IMG/VR virus record: IMGVR_UViG_3300010965_000001
Span: 128,001-192,000 of that record
Direction: 5' to 3' (one strand)
DNA from: a virus
Taxonomy: Duplodnaviria > Caudoviricetes
Length of the DNA stretch: 64,000 nt
Of this stretch, positions 59,081-64,000 are shown one piece after another; position 1 is the first letter of the stretch, and each line of letters begins with the position of its first letter. The notes under the pieces were generated by a model. That model did not search any database and was not told the origin of the DNA. It was given only the letters and a program-made list of their open reading frames with translations. Position numbers and translations under genes: made by a program.

Positions 59081-59328
59081 GGATGCTGTTTTACCATTGC
59101 CACTACAAAAAGTCGTTAGACAATCTGGTGGGAGTCGAACCCACAACTTCATCCTTGTTAAATCCTGCCATATGTCCTATCCGTTAGACGATGTTACCCC
59201 GAAGGGCACCACTGGGATTCGAACCCAGATTTTCCAGCCTGTTAAACACGTAGAGTGCTCTGACCACTGAGCTACCGTGCCGTCTTTTGAACGAACACAG
59301 GTGGGATTCGAACCCACGACCTCTCTAC
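59081..59328 (-). ncRNA. Array of three circularly permuted tRNA-like modules
   Basis: Order T-arm, loop-capped acceptor stem, D-arm in each unit; see findings. Confidence 0.7.
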
Positions 59329-59341
59329 TCCTTTTCTTAAA

Positions 59342-59431
59342 TGGGGTGACGAGTGGAATTTGAATCCACGATAGGGTATTATCCCAACGAGGGCCACAAC
59401 CTCGCGCAATTGACCGCTCTGCCATCGTCAC
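59342..59431 (-). tRNA. tRNA-His(GTG) with long variable arm and encoded CCA
   Basis: CGAGG-TTGTGGC-CCTCG, C73. Confidence 0.8.
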
Positions 59432-59433
59432 AG

Positions 59434-59510
59434 CGGTCTGTACGGAGAATGATTCCGTCTGTTTCTCTTCATTGACAGTGAAGCGTCCACACCAAGCAGA
59501 CCCACAGACC
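59434..59510 (-). tRNA. tRNA-Asp(GTC) with atypical T-loop (ATCATTC)
   Basis: GGTCTGT/ACAGACC, G73. Confidence 0.8.
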
Positions 59511-59521
59511 ATATTTATTTC

Positions 59522-59836
59522 TTATTCAATGTATTTATAAAGTGGTAAAAATTTCACGAACTTTGGAAAATTTTCTCTTGGTAAAAGAACACACGCTACT
59601 TCTTGATTACCAAGAGAACTTTCCGTAATTATAACAGACCGTTCAAGATTTTTACATTGTTCAAATGCTTCGTTAGAAACTTTACATACGACTTTTTTGA
59701 ACGAATTCTGCATCCATTCGATGACTTCTGCATCTTCTTTATTCTTGTGGTATGCCGACAATGCCGCATGCGCGCATACAACAGGAACATAATTTGAAGG
59801 AACGTCATCTCTAACTACAATATACATTTTAGACAT
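59522..59836 (-). CDS. Peptidyl-tRNA hydrolase 2 (PTH2)-like protein
   Basis: MYIVVRDD..CAHA..W...FKKVVCKV..LPLY. Confidence 0.75.
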   Translation of the reverse strand: MSKMYIVVRDDVPSNYVPVVCAHAALSAYHKNKEDAEVIEWMQNSFKKVVCKVSNEAFEQCKNLERSVIITESSLGNQEVACVLLPRENFPKFVKFLPLYKYIE

Positions 59837-60633
59837 TATTGTTTCTTTCGTTTACCAATATCTTTAACAACCGCTTTCGTATGGAACTTCCTAATGTCAA
59901 CATCTTGATGACCCTTGAGAAATTCTACAATCCCTTTTAATACACCTACCAACGATTGAACGTCTGCGATTGCCGAATGCCAATTATCAACATTGACTTC
60001 AAGTGCGGTTGATAATTGACCAAGATTAGAATTAATTCTACCGTTTCTTGTCAATGCTCCCAACATTTTTGTTATACCTTCATCACCAGACTTTTCTAAT
60101 GACTGTAATGCCGGGGCGAAATACAACTGTGCAATTTTCAAAGAATCAAGAACTCTAAATCGGTTCATTCGTATTCCATAGTGTTGCCCACGTTGGTTGA
60201 TATATTTCATATCAAATGATGCGTTGTGAGCGATTAATAATGGATTCTCAAATGTTCCTAACCAACCATTAAACTCTTGTAAAACTTGTTGTTCACCTTT
60301 GAATTTTGCGTGACGTTCACCATACTTCGTCATCTTCATAATGTCACGCATCTTCATCGAACCTTTTTTCGGAGGTTCTGTATCTTGAACCTTCATCTTT
60401 GCCTGTGCGTCTTTTCTAAGACTTACTTTTTCATGGAAGATACCAACTTGTTCAAAGGTAGTTCCATCAAATGCGATTGCGGCAACTTCTGTTACTTGTG
60501 TATCAAGATTTTGCGGTTTCAATCCAAGTGTTTCTGTGTCAAAGAATATTAACGTCTGTCCTTCGAACGCCAAAAACTTTTCTAATACTTCCTTGATTGA
60601 TAGTCCGTATATCTTTTTTTCCTGTAATTTCAT
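59836..60633 (-). CDS. DEDDh 3'-5' exonuclease (Pol III epsilon-like)
   Basis: FFDTETLG, AHNASFD, H.AIAD. Confidence 0.85.
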   Translation of the reverse strand: MKLQEKKIYGLSIKEVLEKFLAFEGQTLIFFDTETLGLKPQNLDTQVTEVAAIAFDGTTFEQVGIFHEKVSLRKDAQAKMKVQDTEPPKKGSMKMRDIMKMTKYGERHAKFKGEQQVLQEFNGWLGTFENPLLIAHNASFDMKYINQRGQHYGIRMNRFRVLDSLKIAQLYFAPALQSLEKSGDEGITKMLGALTRNGRINSNLGQLSTALEVNVDNWHSAIADVQSLVGVLKGIVEFLKGHQDVDIRKFHTKAVVKDIGKRKKQ

Positions 60634-60864
60634 TTGATTCTCCCATTAGTGTATATATAAATATGAGTGAATCAAAGTAAAACTATTATAAACGGAGCCG
60701 ATGGGCGGGAATTTTAGTGTCCCGAACATACCGATGTAACATATCCCATCAAAAGGGATATTGCATGCGGATTCTTGTGCCTCATCGGCAAATTGAGGTT
60801 CTTTGTAAATTTTCGATTTCTGGTTCATGCACCTAAGTGAAATGTACGATTTACAAGAAACTTG

Positions 60865-60940
60865 TGGAAGATAAGGGATTTGAACCCTTCTGAAATCCTC
60901 ATTGCAAGTGAGGTGTCCACCCCGAGCAGACCCATCCCCC
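60865..60940 (-). tRNA. tRNA-Ala(TGC)
   Basis: Cloverleaf, G3-U70. Confidence 0.9.
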
Positions 60941-61201
60941 AAGTTTATTTCTATTTTAAAGTAATTGGATTTTTGCGACATCAGAGTTATCGTCGCCCCA
61001 CTTTTTACAACACCAACTACTTTTTTGCTTTGGTGTTACGCCAGTGGGGCTTGATAAAATTCAGGTGTATTACCGTTCGCAAACATGACTCCACTATCAG
61101 CAATGGATGCCGACTGCCATGAGCGTTTTGATTCGGTATGTAAATTCGTCTTTTTCACGATAATCACCTTGAATGAATTTGTTGTTTGTGTATATAATAT
61201 A

Positions 61202-61229
61202 AGTATAAAGAAAAAAAATAAAACGTCAA
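61202..61229 (-). promoter_or_regulatory. sigma70-type promoter
   Basis: TTGACG-N16-TATACT. Confidence 0.55.
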
Positions 61230-61391
61230 TTATTTTACAACTTCCTTGACTTTTTTAATGTCACGAACTGTCACCTTCCAGTCCCGCTTGGGAACGTAGA
61301 TGTGCGTCTTGTCGAGTGTGACGCGGTGTTCTGCGGTATAATCCGAAACCTTAGTGATTTCGTTTGTTTCAATGGATTTAATGCACTTCAT
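61230..61391 (-). CDS. Small hypothetical protein
   Basis: Start MKCIKS after GGAG. Confidence 0.5.
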   Translation of the reverse strand: MKCIKSIETNEITKVSDYTAEHRVTLDKTHIYVPKRDWKVTVRDIKKVKEVVK

Positions 61392-61519
61392 AATTGAATC
61401 TCCGTGATTAATGGTTGACAACTTTTTGAGATGAATAGAATTAACAACTTGTAAACTACTTGTAAACAATATAGGTATTGCTCCTATCAAGTGCTCATTG
61501 CAATTGTTTATAAAAAATT

Positions 61520-62395
61520 AAAAGGTTGAGAGATTACACCTTCTACGCATTTCCTTTTCGTAGATTATAGTGACCTTGCGGGTCAGTTTCCTACTTTCTC
61601 CACCAGCGTTCAGCTCGAGTAGAAATGCATGACTTCCGTTGTTTTTAACGGTGACGGTACCGATATGTATGAGCCTACTCAATCCTTGTCAATTCTCCCT
61701 GCCTTGCGAGCAGTTAATCCTTGCGGGGAATAGATGCAGACTTGAATTAAATTCCTACGCCTTGCGGGTTTCAGAACTCTCCATTCCTTTCGGTGGAGAT
61801 TTAAGCCATTTTTGTTCTCATACATGACCACGACTTTGCTGTTTTTAATTGTCTTGGGATTTGAACCCAATCTTTAGTTCCATATACTAACGCTCAACCA
61901 TTTGAGCTAAGACTGTGCAACTCACAAAAGACGTGCGTGGTCAGTGGTTCCATTCTCTTTTGGAAAACGATATGCCACACGCCCTGTATCTTTCGTCTGC
62001 TCGACTACTCAACGGATTTTCAAGATTTTGGTGCTTATGGAACAACCACACCAACACCAACCTCTTTCAATCTAAATAGAAGCCCTTATTTTGCATCACT
62101 CGGACAACTACTCTCCCCTTCATTTCTCGTTCATCGTCTCGTTTGGTATCTGCTTACTCGGCACCACCCGCTAGTCCAGTCCTACGGAGTTACCCTCGGT
62201 CTGTTCGCAGCGAAACTTCTGACATACTTCCAGCAGGATTAGTGGCTGAAAGACTCCGAAACTCGGTTTGCATAAGTGACCAATTGAGATTGGCGACGCC
62301 CTGTGAGCGGGTTAAGTCTTTTACCATATTACTACGGCTTATCTTCTCCCTTGCGGGAATGGATGTCATACCACCCATTTTAAACTTTATAATTC
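61520..62395 (-). ncRNA. Large ornate ncRNA, GOLLD-like
   Basis: About 870 nt with no credible ORF, five C-GCAA-G hairpins, embedded tRNA-like domain, own sigma70 promoter, U-rich 3' end; family call not confirmed by a covariance model. Confidence 0.65.
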
Positions 62396-62409
62396 AAAGA
62401 ACAATTTTG

Positions 62410-62556
62410 TTTCAACTTGATGTATTAAATATACAAAACTTTTATTACAATGTCAAGCCTTATTTCAAAATTCTTTTATTTCTTTTTCGTTACGACTTGT
62501 TTCAACTTGATGTATTAAATATACAAACTTTTTATTACAATGTCAACGCCTTATTT
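62410..62556 (-). repeat. Direct duplication (about 55 bp, two copies) each carrying a TTGACA-N17-TATATT promoter
   Basis: gtttcaacttgatgtattaaatatacaaa...ttacaatgtcaa at about 62410 and 62500; -35 boxes at 62451-56 and 62541-46. Confidence 0.85.
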
Positions 62557-62834
62557 GCTTTTTTATATAATGCGTTAAAAAGAATCATGTCCCACCCATT
62601 TATACTCTGCGCCGAGACCCCATTCACCTGACCAGCAATATGAATAGAATTCGTTTCATTCAACATCCATTGCTCACTTGCTAAATTAAAGAATGCAAAC
62701 TCTCGCATACTCTCATAAATAGGATTTGAACATTTTAGCAGAAATTCCGTTGTAACAGTTATATTGAACGTTGTGGTTTTGTTATTTTTTAGTAAATAAA
62801 ACAAGTCCACAGTTTTCTCATATGCTGATTTCAT
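62535..62834 (-). CDS. Hypothetical protein between early promoters
   Basis: ORF track. Confidence 0.4.
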   Translation of the reverse strand: MKSAYEKTVDLFYLLKNNKTTTFNITVTTEFLLKCSNPIYESMREFAFFNLASEQWMLNETNSIHIAGQVNGVSAQSINGWDMILFNALYKKANKALTL

Positions 62835-62836
62835 AT

Positions 62837-62994
62837 AATATAACCTTTATTTATTGGAAAGTCAACGCCTAAATAAAAATAAATTCAAGGCGACCCGCTT
62901 ACGGATTGGCTTACTCTATCGTCAGATTTTTCGGAGTCTGACCGAGCCTTGAACTTTATGTATTAAATATAGTAACTTTTTAGGCAAATGTCAA
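62837..62994 (-). promoter_or_regulatory. Two further sigma70-type promoters
   Basis: TTGACT-N17-TATATT (62865-62837) and TTGACA-N17-TATATT (62994-62966). Confidence 0.7.
62881..62956 (-). ncRNA. Small three-way-junction RNA
   Basis: 11-bp terminal stem AAGTTCAAGGC/GCCTTGAATTT starting about 10 nt after a sigma70 -10 box. Confidence 0.55.
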
Positions 62995-63003
62995 CGCCTA
63001 AAA

Positions 63004-63999
63004 TTAACTTGTTGCTTCACCAAAATGAAGACAGAATGGGTGACCGTAATCCTGTGTTTCACAAGGAGGAACTCTACCAAAAATAAGACACCAAATATGT
63101 TCTGGGTCAGTTGGCAGTGGGTCATATGATACAGTATTTCCATCTGCAACATACATACCACTTCCAGTAGGTTCCCATCCATAACTCAAATTCTCACCCC
63201 ACCATATACGTGTTTTTGGATTTGGGTTGACCATAGTGATAGTGTGTTTAAGTCTTCCATATGCACCAGGGCTTGTAGACCGCACATAAGTAACTACATC
63301 TGGAATACGTTGTTTAGTTATATTAAAATTATTATATGCAAAACATTGTCCATGATTTTGGCTTGTAATCATCGTGTTTACGAGAACATCCTCATCACCA
63401 AATAATGGGAGTGTAACTTTAACAGTCCATGTTTTTGAAGTAGTACACCAATCATCCGAAGATAAGAGTTGATACGATGCACCGTTATTCGCAGCAATTG
63501 CCAGCGTGTACGGTTCATTGTCAATTCCATATCCAGAATTAGTAATGTCAAATGAATATATGTTTTCAATCATACCAGTATATTGACCAGTCTGAGTTGT
63601 AACACTTGACTGTAAAGTACGGTTAAAAACAGGAATCACATGTGTTGGTTCTGGTGGAGGTGGTGGAGTAAACAATGGATATTGAACGCCAACAAGCGTA
63701 CATCCAACTACATACCAATTACCATAAATCACCACATATATCTGGCACGAACCTGGGGATGCATTTGCCGTCAACGCTCTCCACGAATGTGTAGATGGAT
63801 TACATCGTTGTGAGTAATAATTGTAAGTTCCACCCACTCCACCTGTTCCCTCTATGGCTTCGGGTCCATACGGCCAGAACACATCCGAATTGGCAATCGG
63901 AATATTTGGGAATGTGACATCGTACACTTCCGCTGTGAAATCAATTCTATATGATGTGTTTGTGTTTGTTACTGTTTGTACATACCGAACCCAATACTC
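63004..63999 (-). CDS. Ig/FN3-like beta-sandwich virion protein (5' end outside window)
   Basis: Frame open to the window edge; Thr/Trp/Tyr-rich with PPPP linker. Confidence 0.55.
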   Translation of the reverse strand, partial: EYWVRYVQTVTNTNTSYRIDFTAEVYDVTFPNIPIANSDVFWPYGPEAIEGTGGVGGTYNYYSQRCNPSTHSWRALTANASPGSCQIYVVIYGNWYVVGCTLVGVQYPLFTPPPPPEPTHVIPVFNRTLQSSVTTQTGQYTGMIENIYSFDITNSGYGIDNEPYTLAIAANNGASYQLLSSDDWCTTSKTWTVKVTLPLFGDEDVLVNTMITSQNHGQCFAYNNFNITKQRIPDVVTYVRSTSPGAYGRLKHTITMVNPNPKTRIWWGENLSYGWEPTGSGMYVADGNTVSYDPLPTDPEHIWCLIFGRVPPCETQDYGHPFCLHFGEATS

Positions 64000-64000
64000 C

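Noticed and set aside
58138-59255. Possible suppressor anticodons (TCA in 58138, CT-CTA in the 59250 unit, TTA in the spacers) implying stop-codon recoding
   Set aside because: None sits at positions 34-36 of a proper 7-nt loop, and long ORFs are intact and tightly packed under code 11
62410-62556. Direct repeats as a CRISPR mini-array
   Set aside because: Only two copies, about 55 bp long, each a promoter; no cas genes
45500-62650. Track ORFs overlapping tRNA or ncRNA genes (e.g. 46593-46820, 55210-55431, 57957-58142, 59177-59512, 60862-61122, 61679-61870, 61937-62242, 62143-62631, 62190-62378)
   Set aside because: Explained by GC-richer RNA genes lacking stops; typical GSNP/VRIP tRNA-translation artefacts
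62881-62956. Hammerhead ribozyme (contains CTGACGA)
   Set aside because: The CTGAC is buried in a stem, and no GAAA/UH follows in the required order

Overview
AT-rich segment of a large, contractile-tailed (myovirus-like) dsDNA bacteriophage genome, almost entirely encoded on the minus strand and read with the standard code. 1-35 kb: virion module (BNR/Asp-box propeller fibres including a 2922-aa giant, LamG and FN3 proteins, baseplate gp7/gp6/gp25/gp5-like genes), interrupted at 11-16 kb by a NUMOD3 endonuclease, a single-chain Mre11-Rad50 (SbcD-SbcC) fusion, a DnaG-type primase and a resolvase. 35-45 kb: gp55-like sigma factor, HD protein, lytic transglycosylase, dUTPase, tmRNA and ThyX. 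45-63 kb: a large translation-support island with about 40 tRNA and tRNA-like genes covering all 20 amino acids, RNA-repair-type HAD and cREC proteins, PTH2, MgsA, two paralogous endonucleases, several unexplained structured ncRNAs and a roughly 870-nt GOLLD-like RNA behind tandem sigma70 promoters. The most striking unexplained signals are in the RNA: three tandem circularly permuted tRNA-like modules (59081-59328) and three tRNAs whose D-loop motif sits 3' of the anticodon arm. All tRNA folds were worked out by hand; family names come from motif recognition, not database searches.
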